Origin: the human T2T-CHM13v2.0 reference genome, Homo sapiens
Assembly: GCF_009914755.1 (NCBI RefSeq)
Contig: NC_060927.1
Direction: 5' to 3' (one strand)
DNA length: 64,000 nucleotides
The first letter of the stretch is position 1. Each line of letters opens with the position of its first letter. Positions 1 to 15,950 of the stretch are shown here, piece after piece. The notes below the pieces were generated by a model. It was not told where the DNA came from and did no database searches. It saw only the letters and a program-made list of their open reading frames with translations. The translations under genes and the position numbers were made by a program.

Positions 1-142
<142 letters not shown>

Positions 143-334
143 TTAAGTAATTAAAGCCATCTTTTGCAATGAATGCATTGCTTTGAAATTCTTAGAAAAC
201 TCTGCCCTTTATAAAAGTTTAATCCATTTTTTACTTCAATAAATTTTATCTTAAAAAGAAATTTCTGTTCTCTACTTATAGTAAACTTTTCTTTTTTTTT
301 TCTAGTTTGTATTCTAAATTAACGTGGTACCTCT

Positions 335-1445
335 GTAAGTTTCTTCCAAAGGCATATTGAGGGATACCCAGGTTTGCAGTACAATTAAACCCATCACACA
401 GGTTGTGAGCATAGGACCCAAGAAGTAGTTTTTCAACCCTGGCCCACTCTGTCCCTCCCCATTCTTATTTCCCAGTGTCTATTATTCCCACCTTTATGAC
501 AATGTGCACCCAATATGTAGCTCCCACATGAGTGAAAACATGAGATATTTGGTTTCTGTTTCTGCGTTGGTTTGCTTAGGAGAGTGGATTCCAGCTGTAT
601 TCATGTTGCTGCAAATGATGTGATTTTGTTCTTTTCATAGCTGCATAGTATTCCATGGTATATATGGAATTTTCCAATCTACCTTGGATTTTCAATCTAC
701 CTTGGATGTACCTGGATTGACTCCACGTCTTTGCTATTGTGAATAGTGCTGCAATGAACATACATGTGTATACATCTTTTTGTTACAATGATTTATTGTC
801 CTTTCGGTATACCCCTAGTATAGTAATGGGGTTGCTGCATCCAACAGTCATTCTTAGTTCTTAATTTCTAAACTGCTCTCCATAGTAGCTGAATTAATTT
901 ACATTGCCACAAACGGTTTGTGTTCCCTTTTCTCCACAGCCTCCCCAACATCCTTTTTTAAGTTTTTATTTATTATTTGTTTTTAACAAAAGTCATTGTG
1001 ACTGGTGTGAAATGGTATTTCATTGATGTTTTGTGTGGCATTTTTCTGATGATTAGCAATGGTAAGCATTTTTTAATGTTTGTTGGCCACTTACGTGTGT
1101 TATTTTGAGAACTGTCTGTTCATGTCCTTTGCCCATTTATAATGGTCTTATTTATTTTTTGCTTGTTGATTTGTTTAGGTCTCTTATGGATTCTGGATAA
1201 TAGGCGTTTGCTATATCCATACTTTGTGAATATTTTCTTCCATTCTTTTAGGCTTTCTGTTTAATCTCGTGATAGTTTCTCATGCTGTGCAGAAGCTATT
1301 TAGCTAAATTAGATCACACTTGTCAATTTTTGTTATTCTTGCAATTGCTTTTGAGGACTTAGCCATAAATTAATTGACAAATATGATATTCAGAAGAGTA
1401 TTTCCTAGGTTTTTTCCAGGATTTTTATAGTCAGAAGATGTACTC
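335..1445 (-). mobile_element. L1 3' fragment (ORF2 end/3'UTR)
   Basis: ORF 576-761 ([13 protein letters not shown]..) is the L1 ORF2 C-terminus. Confidence 0.85.
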
Positions 1446-1468
1446 TTATGTAAAGAAAGCACAAACCT

Positions 1469-1762
1469 TTTTTTTGTTTTGTTTTGAGACAGAGTCTCCA
1501 TCACCAAGGCTATAGTGCAGTGGTATGATCTTGGCTTACTGCAACCTCTGTCTCCTGGGTTCAAGTGATTCTCCTGCCTCAGCCTCCTGAGTATCTGAGA
1601 TTACACATGCCTGCCAACACGCCTTGCTAATTTTTGTATTTTTACTAGAGACAGGTTTCATCATGTTGGCCAGGCTGGTCTCAAACTCCTGACGTCAGGT
1701 GATTCACCTGCCTCGGCCTCCCCAAATTTTGGGATTACAAGTGTGAGCCACCATGCCTGGCC
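1469..1762 (-). mobile_element. AluS
   Basis: Full dimer, TSD aagcacaaa. Confidence 0.9.
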
Positions 1763-1943
1763 AAGCACAAAGCTTTTAAAATAAAAAGGGAAATGAACAT
1801 TTTAGTGTTTTGTTTAATTCATAAAATGCAATTATTTTGGATTCTACTAAATAATAAACATCCATATGTGGCAAAGTGGATGCTAATCATTCAGTTGTGA
1901 TTATGGGTGGGAAGAATTGAGATGGTGCAAATAAACTTTTTTA

Positions 1944-2243
1944 ATTTTTTTTTTATTTTCAAGATGGAGTCTTGCCCTGTCACCCAGGCTGGAGTGCAGT
2001 GGTGCAATCTCAGCTCCTGCAACCTCCGTCTCCCAGGTTCAAGCAATTCTCTGCCTCAGCCTTCCTAGTAGCTGGGATTACAGGTGTCCACCACCACACC
2101 AGGCTAATATTTTTTTTGTACTTTTAGTAGAGTTGGGGTTTCACCATCTTGGCCAGGCTGGTCTTGAACTCCTGACCTCGTGATACACCTGCCTCAGCCT
2201 CCCAAAGTGCTGGGATTACCGGCATGAGCCACCACACCTGGCT
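1944..2243 (-). mobile_element. AluS
   Basis: Full dimer, TSD ggtgcaaa(t/g)aaacttt. Confidence 0.9.
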
Positions 2244-2271
2244 GGTGCAAAGAAACTTTAAAAGTGGCATG

Positions 2272-2586
<315 letters not shown>

Positions 2587-2942
2587 CTAAACTATAATCA
2601 ATTAGAGAGTAAGCCAGACCATCTCAAAGTATATCATCACTTATCAGGCAATAACATGCAATTTCTAAAACCTAACTTAAATGCAGCTTTTAAAGACATT
2701 TCAAACATGTCAGTTTAGTCACATTTATTGAATAAAGTTAGCAAATGGATATCTCTTGAAAATGAGAGCTCCAGGGAATTAAAAAATGTAAAGTTCCCAT
2801 TTCCTTTCTGTGTTAACACAGCTAATTATGATCTTTACTTCACATGCAAAAGTCAACAGAACAACTCAGTATTTCACCAAATTATAAACAAGAATTACGC
2901 TAGAGAAATGAAACCCTAAAGAGAAACGGTCATATAACTAAC

Positions 2943-3163
<221 letters not shown>

Positions 3164-4499
3164 CTGTAAAGGTAGCAAAGACAAATGCTTAATATTTCAT
3201 TTTTCCTTAAATGATTCTTAATGACTTGCAGTTTTTAAAAACTTACCCTGAGAGTAAACCAAATTACCCACTAAATAGTGTTTTCACACAGAAGATGTGT
3301 AAGAGCATACCTGTTGTAAGGAATTATAATTTTAAAATCATTCTAAAGAAGCACCATTGTTTCTAAGGTGATTTCTACTGAACTAGCAGTTCAAACAAAG
3401 TAGACAGGGAAGAGAAATGGCTATCAGTGATGTATGGCTCAACAGGTAAAACTTCCTGCCTTCTAAAATGGCTGTACTTGGAAGATTCTGAAGATTCCAT
3501 TAGAAATACTTGTATTTAAAGGGTAATAATGTGGGAAAATGAATATGTTGATTTGCTTGATTATAAGAACCACTTCACTAGAAATAATTATATCAAAACA
3601 TCATGTTGTACTCCTTAATGTAGGTTAAGAAAACTAAAATGAACGAAAAAAAATCTAGGAACACTTGTGTTTAGTAAACCAGTTTTAGATTTCACTCTTG
3701 TACATTTCACCCATTATCTAGGACCAATTAAACATTTGGCACTGAGGAATAATTCAGAGCAACAACTCCTAGGGGAGAACTAGATTGTCTGGTTGGTGAT
3801 CAAAAAGAATTAAAGCATCTCTGAAGACAATTAGTCCCCAACACTGTGACCAAGGCCCTGGAGGTGGGGCATGTTTTTTCTGCCTTCCACACACCGCTTC
3901 AGGCTGAACAAGGTGTTATTTTTTAACCGCTTTGTGAATTACACTTCTTTAAATTCCTGTGATAATTATTCCCTATTTCACAAGGGTGCCTTTCTGTAAC
4001 ATCTTGAATATGTTACACAAATAGTCTTTCTTGAGGCACCCTCTGGTGATAATACTAAAGATCACAATCAAAAACAATTGTGCCCAGAGTAGAAGTACCA
4101 CTTTGCATTTAGGTTGTGATCCACTGAAAAGTAAATTAAACACATTAATATTTCTATTTAGGGAAATTCTGACAAGTAATTTTATAACAAGGTCACTTCA
4201 TTGATTATAAAGCTTCAAAAATACTTAGTGAAAAAAACTAACAGATCAGGTTAATTACATGAGACTTTTCAGGAAAAAAAGCCATACAAAAGCAAAAAAA
4301 AAAAAAATGAGAGGAGAGACAAAAACTATCTTTGACTAACATTTTAAAGGTAAAATTATTTACTAACATTATTTTTCAAAATTACATTGTCAAATTAGCA
4401 TTCACTTCCTTCTAATCTGAAGCCATCTCACTAAAAATTATGCTTTTGAAACAAATTAATGAGCTTAATTCATTTTCTATGAGTGTATGTTTTGACTTA

Positions 4500-4714
<215 letters not shown>

Positions 4715-5210
4715 CTAAAACAGAGGAAAAGAATACACTTTTAAAACAATTATAACCTAATTATTATGTTTGTTGCCTTTCATTTTGAGTCAGCGATTCA
4801 AAGAGTATTTTTGAATATGTTAAAAAAGAGGATGAAGTTTAAAATATTTCAGCAATATCAAAACTAATAACTGAATTCAGAATTAAGTCTGATTTGTAAA
4901 AATTTGAAATCATAATTATGCTAGTATTAATGTAATCTGGTCATATAAAAAGTAATAGAATCCATTCATAGTTTTAAAAAGTGATCAATGAACACTGTAG
5001 CTTAAGACCAATTCATAATTATCACATAATTTCTAAATCACAATTTTTTCCTATGCCAACTGGTCTTAATCATCAAATTACTCCATAATGAGAATCATTA
5101 CTCTGAAAGATTGATTTTGTTATAATAATAATGGAAATTTAAATATTTAAAAGAAAAAACAGATACCATTTTTTTCTAGAACTCTACAAAGCAGATTGCT
5201 ACAAGAGAGG

Positions 5211-5737
<527 letters not shown>

Positions 5738-6085
5738 TTATCTGTAATGCAGCAGATTCTTCAAATGTGAACCCTTAAATTACTCAGAATTTTAAGAACA
5801 AAGTTAAAGCTACCATGAGTCATAAAAATATATTCTTTACTATCATCATCTTTGCCACAGAATTTTTGTACTTCATTTTACTTTTATTTTTCTGATAATT
5901 CATTTTTGTTCCTCCTTAAATGGCACAAAGTTATCTCCTAGTAAAAAGTGTCTAACCCCCTTCCTTCATTATCATTCCCCACAGTATGTCAAAAAAAGTT
6001 TCAGAGATATCATATTGAGTTATTTAGGCCAAAGTCAATAAATGGGTCTAGGAATAAGACTTTGAAAGTGATATTACACTCTATA

Positions 6086-6376
6086 TTAGGCATGGTGGCT
6101 CATGCCTGTAATCCTAGCACTTTAAAAAGCTGTGGCAGAAAGATCACTTGAGGCCAGGAATTTGAGATCAGCCAGAGCAACATAGTGAGACCCCCATCTC
6201 TACAAAAAAAAATTTTTTTAATTACCCGGGCATGGTGGCTCATGCCTGTAGACCCAGCTAGTTGGGATACTGAGGCAAAAGGATGGCTTGTACCCAGAGT
6301 TCAGGGCTGCAGTGAATTATTATCGCTGCACTTCTGCCTGGATGACAGACAAAGACCCTATCTCAAAAAACAACAC
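6086..6376 (+). mobile_element. AluJ-like
   Basis: Diverged Alu dimer. Confidence 0.85.
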
Positions 6377-6487
6377 AAAATAATGAAATCTATGATTAAG
6401 GATTCTGATGCTATAAGCCTTTCCTTAAACTGCAAATGTTTCATGCTAATTTGAATTGCATTTTAAGAAGTAATGATTCTTGGGGTA

Positions 6488-8220
6488 AAGACCATAGAAT
6501 ATGGCACCCTGAAATAAATTCACATATTTCCAGCCAACTGATTTTGGACGAACATGCCAAGAACGTACGCTGGGGAAAGGACAGCCTCTTCAAATGAATG
6601 ACACTGGGAAAACTAAATATCCATATGGAGAAGAATGATATTAGCTTCCTATGTAACACCATATAACAACATAAACTCAGAATCGATTGAAGACTGAAAT
6701 GTAAGGCCCAAAATTATCAAACTACTCTAAGTAAATATAAGGAAAAGGCTTGAGGACATAAGTCTGCACAAAGATTTTTATGGGTAAGACATCAGAAGCA
6801 TAGGCAAACAACAAATCATAGACAAAAGACACTACATTAAGCTAAAGAGCTTCTGTCCAGCAAACAACTGAGTGAAGAGAAAACCTGTAGAATAGGAGAA
6901 AATATTGTCAAGCTATTCACCTAATGAGGGACTAATATACAAAATATACAAAAAAACTCAAACAACATCACAGTAAAAAAATCTGAGTTTAAAATTGGGC
7001 AAAATATCTAACTATACTTTTTTTTAGAAAAAGAAATACAAATAGCCAATAAATAAATTTTAAAATGCTCAGTATCACTAATCCTCAGGGAAATACAAAT
7101 CAAATCTACAATGTGATATAATCTTGCTTCAATTTGAATAAATTGCTGTCATTGAAAAGACAAAAAAAATAACAAATGCTGGTGAGGCTCCAGAGAACAG
7201 TAAACTCTTACATGCTGTTGGTGGGAAGGTAAATTAGTGCAGCCACTATAGAGAACAACAGGAGGTTTTCTCAAAAAAACTAATAATGGGACTGCCGAGG
7301 GATCCAGCAACCCCACTACCGGGTATTCAGGCAATAGAAAAGAAAACAATAGATCAAAAGGATATCTGTCCTCATATGTTTACTGTAGCACTATCCACAA
7401 CAGCTTGTGTATGGAATCAACATACATGTCCATCACCAAATGAATGGATGAAAAACTGTGGCACACAAACACAGTGGAATACTATTCACCATATAAAGGA
7501 ATTAAATCCTGTTATTCGTGGCCACGTGGATCAGTCTGATGGATGTTAAGTGCAGACACAGAAAGATAAATACTGCACATTCTTACTCATGTGTGGGAGC
7601 TAAAGGAAAATTGAAGGCTGGGCAATATGGCTGATGCCTGTAATTTCCTAGCTCTTTGTAAGACCAAGGCAAGAGAATCATTTGAGGCCAAAAGTTCCAG
7701 AGCTCCCTGGGAAACATAGGGAGATATCTCTACAAAGTCAAAAATCAGACATGTGCAATGGTGCATGCCCATAATGCCAGCTGCTCAGGAGGCTGAGGTG
7801 TGAGGATCAGATGGGCCCAAGAGTTTGAGGCTGCAGTGAACTATGATCAAACCACTGTCTCCAGTCTGGGTGACTACAGTTGCCCAGAGCCCAGACTACA
7901 CTAGCAAGACCCTGTCTCTTAACAAAAAAAAAGCTCACAGAAGTAGGGGAGGGGAGGCTGGTTAATGGATACAGAATTACAGTTAGATAAGAGGAGTGAG
8001 TTCTGGTGTTCTGTGGCATTGTAGGGTGAATATGGTTTACTATGACTTATTGTATATTTTTAAAAAGCCAGAAAATTTTGAATGTTCACAATTCAAAGAA
8101 ATGAAAAATGGTTGAAGTAGTAAATGTGCTAGTTAGCTTGATCATTACACACTATATACGTGTATAAAAATATCACTCTATAGCCCATAATTATGTATAT
8201 ATGTGTCAATTAAAACAAAA
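6488..8220 (+). mobile_element. Old L1 (L1MA-like) 3' part, interrupted by an AluJ-like element at ~7616-7932
   Basis: L1 ORF2-end and 3'UTR motifs. Confidence 0.8.
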
Positions 8221-8234
8221 GAGAAGCTACATTC

Positions 8235-8645
8235 ATCCCATTTAAAAAACAGAATATGGGCCAGCCTTACTGACTTCCTTCTAATGAGTAGAATGTAGTG
8301 AAAGGGATACCATGTGGCTTCCCTATCTCAGACTGTTTTCCCTTGGAACCCAGCCCCTATTGTGAGAGCCATCAGGCCACAAAGAGAGCCTGAAAGTGCC
8401 TGTGTCAGTGTTCATGCTGCCTGTCCCAACCAAGTTTACAGCCGATGGCCAGCATCAACCATCAAACAAGTGGGTGACCAAAGCTTCAGAGGATTCCATT
8501 TCCGTAACTGATCAGCTGTTCCTAGGGAAGCTGAAGGGAGCAGAGCAAGCTGTCCTGGCCAAGTTTTTCCCAAACCACAGGTTCATGAATAAAATAAATG
8601 TTTTTCTTTCAAGCCACAAGACTCTGGGTAATTGTTAGGAAAATA
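8235..8645 (+). mobile_element. MaLR (MLT1-type) LTR fragment
   Basis: Motifs such as ggaacccagcc..gtgagag and aataaatg..tttcaagccac..gggtaattgtta. Confidence 0.55.
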
Positions 8646-9899
8646 AGTTTTAAAAAGAGACAACAGGAAACATAACTTATGCAGCAGAAAAGAGTCTCCT
8701 TTAAAGCAGGATCTAATAAAGGTTGATATTTATTTATTGATGTCAAACATTATTGAGAAGCAGTAGATAACCAGGAGAGAGACATAAGCTGCTGAGGAGG
8801 AATTTTCCTAAAACAACTTCAATAATGAACGCTGATAACAAGGCAAGGGTGTCTTCTTACAATTTCCCCTCAAGTTAGGAAGTAAGACTGGGAAGCAAGA
8901 AGATGTATGATTTGAAAAACAACTAGAAATACTGGGTGACATAGGCAAAATCAGACATTTACCTGATTTCAATTAACTAAAATTCTAAAAGAAGAAGTTT
9001 TGAGTATTTATTAATCAACCTAGTATTCAATTTTCATTTTCTTTTCTAAATGAGGAAATAAGGAGAATATTATGGAATGATTTTTATTCTTCACAGAAGT
9101 AAAATAAGCATAGTGTGTTTTGAGTGTTAAGACACAAATGCAATTTCTCCTTTACCTTACTCCAAGCTTGTTTGTATGGAGAAGTTAAGACCATCCCATC
9201 TCTATGTTACGCCACAATGCTTCTCTATAGCACACAACTTGGCTCTGAAATTTTGAAAGTCAAAATACTAATCTACTATGTGTCTCTGATAAATTTCCTG
9301 AACCTTACCTGACTTTGAAGTGCTTCACTCCTAAGACTTTTTCTTGGAATGAGTTAAACGTTTTATTCCAAGAATCCTCTACTGAGCTAGAAAGCAGAGC
9401 TGTGCATCTCTGTTTCAGTAAAAGGAGGTCAATATAGGGAACTGTGGTTTCTGAGAATGCAAGATCTGCACTAATAAAAGGATTAGCCACAGTGCTACCC
9501 AAGAGAACCAGCTACCAGGAGAAAAGAGGGTCTGTAAACTGCAAGATGATGACTTCACTTGATTTCCACTGAGGAAAGCTGGCGGCTCAGACTTAAACTT
9601 CTCCTTCCTAGATGGTAAACATCTATGGAAGGTTCTATGAATTATAATGAGTTAGTAAAACATAATGCACTGAATATTAGACTATGTCAGCAGATCCTGT
9701 AACCAAAACTTACTGAAAATATAACTATAGTGGGAGGCAATGGAAAAGAGACTAAAGGCTTGAATGGAGAAAAAAAGAAATTAAGTGTGTCTTGTAAGCC
9801 TGGCGTCTGATCATGTCTTAGAGGAAGTAAGGTATAAGCTGGCCAGAGACTCCTTTGTGACACAAAAGGTGAAGTTACAGACATTCCACTAAATTTAAT

Positions 9900-11755
9900 T
9901 TTTATTATGACATAAGACAACTGGTAATATGCAACATGATTGAAAAAAACTTCTCATTCAATTCGATTGGGCCTTGACATAAGAATAGACATAAACAAGC
10001 TAAGAATTGACAATCTAAAAATAAGCCTGCACTTTTACAGTCAATTGATTTTATACAAGCTTAACAAAAGAACAAAATGGGAAAAGAATAGTCTTTTCAA
10101 CAAATGGTGCTGGGACAACTGGGTATCCATAAGCAAAAAATAAATAAATTTCGACCAAATATCTTATTTAATAATTAACTCAAAATAAAATAGTTAACTG
10201 TAAAAGCTAAAACTATAAAACCCTCAGAAGAAAACACTGGCATAAATCTTTGTGACTGCATTTGCCAGTGTTTTCTTAGCTATGACTCCAAAGGAAAAAT
10301 GGATTCAATGGACTTCAAAATTGAAAACTGCTGTGCCTCAGAAGACAGCATGAAGAAATGAAAAGGTAAGACGCCAAGTAGAAGAAAGTATTTGAAAAGT
10401 GTGTATCTGATAAGGGACTTACATATATAGGAAATATAAATAACTCTTGCAATTAATAAATAACAAGATAAGCCAATTTTAAAAAATGGGCAAAGATTTT
10501 GAATAGATATATCTGCAAAGAAGATATAAAGATGGAAAAGCTCATTAATAGATGCTTAATGTAATTAGTCATTAGAAAAATGTAAATCAAAACCACATGT
10601 GGTATCACTTCACACCACAGGATAAAATCTTTGTTCAAGAAAAAAGAGTGTTAGGAAAAATGTAAAGAAATTAAAACCCTTATCTAATGCTGCTGGGAAT
10701 GTAAAGTGATGCAGCCACTTTGGAAAACAAACTGGCAGCTCCTTAAAGGGTTAAGCATGAAGTTACCATATGACACACAAATTCCAGTCATAAGTATATA
10801 CTCCAGAAAAATAAAAACATACGCAAGCACAAAAACTCATACATAAATGTTTACAACAGCATTATTAATAGTAGTCAAAAGGTGGAAAGAACCAGAACGT
10901 CTGTCACCTTTGGCTGGGAGAGAACCCAAAGGTCCATCACCTGGCGAATGGATAAATAAAATGTTTGATGTATCCATACAATGGAATATTACTCAGCAAT
11001 AAGAAGAAATTAAGTACAGATACCGTATTAGAAGGAGACAGCAAAATGCCTAGGCAGATACGGAAGGGTCCCCGGAGAATCTCCAACGAGCCCCACAAGT
11101 GTTTACACCTGATGTTATGTGCAGATAAGGGAACCTGGACTTGTCTTGCCTGGACATGCCCACAGCAGACTGGAGGCCCACATGCAGTGGGGGGATGGGG
11201 TGGAGTCACCAGGAATTCACACCTTATGCAGATGAGGAGCCTGGCCGCTTCAGCTCATGTGCTCCTGGTATTCAATTGTGAGGTGGAAACCTCTTTGCAG
11301 GACCCCTCTCTTTGCTGAGAGCTGTGCTTTCACATAATAAATTCTGCCCTCCTCAATGTGTCTGCAGGCTTAATTTTTCCTGATCATGAGAGAAGAACAC
11401 AGATGTAGCTGAACTAAGGAGCAAAAACCCGGCATCAATACCTGCTACAGCACAGATGCAGCATGAAAAATTATGCTAAGTGAAATAAGCCAGTCCCAGC
11501 AGACAACTTGCTTTTTATTTCAGAGGCTTATAGGCAAATCTATACAAAGAAGGTGGGTGGTTCCCTAGGGCTGAGGGAGGAAGGGAAAACTAGTGAAGAT
11601 GGCTAAATGATGTGGGGTTTGTTTTTAGGGTGATGAAAATGTTCTAAAATTAATTGTAATGATGACGGCATAACTCTCGAAAATACTAAAGTTAATGAAT
11701 TCTATACTTTAAATGAGTGAATTGCATGGCGTGTTCATTATTTCTCAATAAACCT
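9900..11755 (+). mobile_element. Old L1 (L1M) 3' part
   Basis: ORF 9940-10143 (NSLFNKWCWDNW) is L1 ORF2. Confidence 0.8.
11024..11437 (+). mobile_element. ERV1-class solo LTR (MER61-like; subfamily uncertain) inserted in L1
   Basis: Ends ..GGCATCA, internal AATAAA, 4-bp TSD ATAC. Confidence 0.7.
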
Positions 11756-11989
11756 GTTACCCCCCACCCCAAATTAATTTGGTACTAGAGATCTGCAGAT
11801 AGGTACTGCTTGGTTTCAAATCACTGGCCAGGGTTCAAGGTCTAAGAGAATCAACAACATGTCCTTTTTATAAAAAAATAGATTTATATTTTACAAGCTA
11901 TCCTTTTCATTAGTATCAAGTCTGTAAAATTCAATGAAAAATCTTTCTTTCACTGCTTAAAGCACTGACAGATTTATATAGAGGAATAA

Positions 11990-12340
11990 GACCTTGTTTT
12001 CCTTGGCCCTAATTTCTATCTAAAGGGTCTGGGAAACACACCCTTCAAACTATCAAATCTCATCAGATGGGTTTTATTAACACTTATAATGTGGCTTCCT
12101 TTCTAATCTGATTCTGGTGCAACATCACAGAGAGAAGAAGCTGAAGGAAATCAAAATAATTTACCCCCAAATATATTGTTTGACTTATTTTGAAATGGCT
12201 GCTGCAGGGCCAAGAGATTGAAATGGCCCTCATTAAGGTAGCCCAATCTCCCCTTCTAGGTCTTCCCAGATCTGGGGAAGATTAACTAAGAGCCTGAGGC
12301 ATTTAAAGTTTGAAAAGATATATTTACTCTCTATTTTCTC
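11990..12340 (+). mobile_element. ERV1 internal 3' end plus start of an LTR (MER4 group)
   Basis: Purine tract agagagaagaagc followed by TGAAGGAAATCAAAAT.. Confidence 0.5.
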
Positions 12341-12419
12341 AACATATTTTGGCAGAATTTGGATTTTTCCATTATCAATATTTTCCAAAATGCATGATTT
12401 TTAATACCAAAACTGATTT

Positions 12420-12890
12420 AAAAGTACCATACGTTGGAATATAAATTATTCTATTATAAAGATACATGCATTTGCATGTTCACTGCAGCACTATTCACAA
12501 TAGTAAAGACATGGAATCAACACAGATGGACATTATCAGTGATAATGGGATAAAGAAAATGTGGTATATATACACCATGGAATACTATGGAGCCATAAAA
12601 ATGAATGAGATCATGCTCTTTGCAGGGATATGGATGAACCCGAAGCTGATATCTTCAGCAAACTAATGCAGGAAGAAAAAACCAAACACTGCATCTTCTC
12701 ACTTATAAGTGGGAGCTGAACGATAAGAACACATGGACTCAGGGAGGGGAACAACAAACACTGGGGCCTGTTGGGGTCAGGAGGGAGAGCATCAAGATCA
12801 ATAACTAATGCCCACAGGGCTTAATATCTAGGTGATGGATTGATAGGTGCAGCAAGCCATCATGGAACACGTTTACCTATATAAGAAACT
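12420..12890 (+). mobile_element. L1P 3' fragment, followed by an inverted Alu fragment (12891-12985)
   Basis: L1 ORF2 C-terminus/3'UTR motifs. Confidence 0.8.
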
Positions 12891-13344
12891 TGTTGGCCAG
12901 ACTGGTCTTGAACTCCTGACCTCATGATCTTCCTGCCTTGGCCTCCCAAAGTGCTGGGATTACAGGTGTGGCCACCATGCCTGGTGGCTATTTCTCTTTT
13001 TAAATTCTCTCAGGACTCCTAAAATCTCAAAACTTTGACCTAGATTCCCTAATCTACATTTCCAGCTCTGACCATTTTCTTGAGGTCTCTTCCTTCTAGT
13101 ACCCATATTATAGAAAATATTCTCAACCACATGCTCATACATTGCTAATTGGTGCAGATTACTTTTGTAGATAGTGAATGTTGTCTATTTTATGTTGGTT
13201 CTCATTAATGTTACTTTGAGTATACTGTTATTTTCTAATCTCAAAGGGGGACTATCTCACTGTTATGATACTAACCAGTATATTTTGTCCTTTTTTTCTT
13301 GCTTTCTTCTTTTTTGGACCAGTATACTTTGTCCCTTTTTTTGT

Positions 13345-13676
<332 letters not shown>

Positions 13677-14064
13677 TGAGAATCATATTATCAATTGTTT
13701 GCCTTTGTTTTCTTTTAAAGAAATTCCTTTTCCATAGAGATATGGCATGATGAAAGTCTTGTTCTAAAGTTTCTTTTGGGGGACATTTAACTATGTCATT
13801 GGGAAGCTTCAGTAAGTAGAGATCTCCCTTCTTCTCACTCAAGATTCTTCATCTCAAAATGGTGTCCACCAAATGTCTTAATCCAGTTAGTCTTTTGTGT
13901 AGAAATTCATGAAATAAGAACCTTCTTGAGAAGTTGGAGGCTAGTGATTGAGATGGTTTAACGCTGCCCATTATTATATGTTTTACTCCCAAGGTAGACA
14001 TCAAAGTGGCTAATAATTCTATGACTGATGTCTAACTCACTTCTAAGGGAATCTATGCAAAACG

Positions 14065-14231
14065 TTTTATTTATGAGACAGAGTCTCCCTCTGTTACCGA
14101 GCCTGGAGCGCAGCGGCTTGATCACTGTTCACTACAGCCTCAATATTCCAAGCTCAAACGACCCTCCTACCACAGCCTCCCAATGTAGCTGGGACTACAG
14201 GCGTGCACCACCATGCCTCAGATAAGTGTTT

Positions 14232-14276
<45 letters not shown>

Positions 14277-14352
14277 GACAGGGTCTCACTATATTGCTCT
14301 GGCTGGTCTCAAACTCATGGGCTCAAATGATCCTCCTGCTTCAGCCTTCCAA
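14065..14352 (-). mobile_element. AluJ-like with expanded internal A-linker
   Basis: Alu arms separated by a long T run at 14235-14273. Confidence 0.85.
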
Positions 14353-15439
14353 AACCAGGTGTTTAACTGGGGACTAACATGAAACACTTAGAAGACTACG
14401 TGGAACATAGTGAGCTACATAAAATATTTGCTATTAGCATAATAATTTTATTGTATATCTTAACAAAATTGTGTATTTTAGGCAGGTGGCATGCCAATGG
14501 AAGTACTCTCCTATAGCTGCACTGAATCATTCTTACCACTGAGAGTTGCAGCAAATGGGGGACATAATTTATAACTTACTTTTCTCTCTGTATGACTCAT
14601 TAGGCAATGACTATGTATGTACTACAATGTAAACAGCACCTCCTGGATTGAATAGTACATAACTGACATGACCAGCAGAGACAGGCTAAAGACACTGAGC
14701 TGAAAACCCTGGACTCTATTGCTAAATCAAGGCTCCTGAATCCGTTCCCTCTGAGCAACTGTTGCTGTGGTGCTGCCTTCACAAGCACTCTGCTGAGCAC
14801 TCAGATTGAGAGGCTGTGCTATCCGTCATCGGACAAGCTGCACCCAGAACTGTTCAGCTGACAAACTGGTACCAGTCCAGAAACACAGTTCTGCTGCATA
14901 GTGAAAAAAGGCCAATTTAGATTATTTTTCATAGAGAGAAAAACATAAACATGTGATTGAACGAGTCTCCTGTATTAGACTAATTGGGTTGGCTTTGATA
15001 TTTAATTGCTAAAAACACACTTAGAATACAAACCTTACTGTGTCAAGGTCTCAAAGAAGAAATAATTGGTATGGTATAAAGTATTGAATTGTATGCTACA
15101 AACTTCTAAGCTAAAATATTTTCAATGTATGCAAGGATAGGTGGCATACATATTATATATTATTCCCCCATTAAGCAAATTTATAATGAGAGAAAACTAT
15201 CTTCCATAAAAAAATAAAAGCCATGTAAAATTAAGAACTAAGTTTTTCTGCACAGACTAGACAACGATTGCTAACACATGAGGTCAATGAGAGAACACTC
15301 AGAGAAAGCTTCATGAAAACAATAAATTGTCTGCCACGTCTGAGTGAATGAGGCTAGATGAATAGAAACTGAGAAGGCAGAAAGGATAGCATGAGCAAGA
15401 CAAGTGCTGAAATCTGCCCAATTAACTCTGAGGATAAAG

Positions 15440-15950
15440 TCCAATGGCAGAGAAATAAAAACGCTTGTCCACATAATAACCTGTAAGTGAATGTTCGCAG
15501 CAGCATTTTTCATAAGAGCTAAACAGTGGAAACTAACCTAAAGGTCCATCAACCGATGAATGAATGGAAAACCAGTATAGACATGGAATAGAATATCACT
15601 TAACTATAAGAAGAAATAAACTACCAATGTGTGCTAAAACATTATGCTAAGTGAATTCTGAAAACATTATGCTAAGTGAAAAAGCCAGTCACAAAGGACT
15701 ACGTATTGTATAATTCTATGTATATGAAATAAGCAGAACAGGTAAACATATGGAGACAAAAGTAGATAGATGGTGGTTGCCTACAACAGAGGTAGGTGGA
15801 GGGACATGGAGGAAGGCTGCAGTCATGCCTAGGAGATGTGGGGTTGCTTTTCAGGTGATGAAAATGCTGTGAATATACTAATAGATACTCAGTTGTACAT
15901 TTTAAATGGTTGAACTCTCTCAAATGTGAATGATATCTCAGTGAAACTGT
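15440..15950 (+). mobile_element. Old L1 (L1ME/MB) 3' end
   Basis: tatgctaagtgaaaaagccagtcacaaaggac motif. Confidence 0.7.

Noticed and set aside
14590-14900. More GC-rich intronic island, possibly a snoRNA or exon
   Set aside because: I could not identify box motifs with a terminal stem, splice boundaries or any homology.
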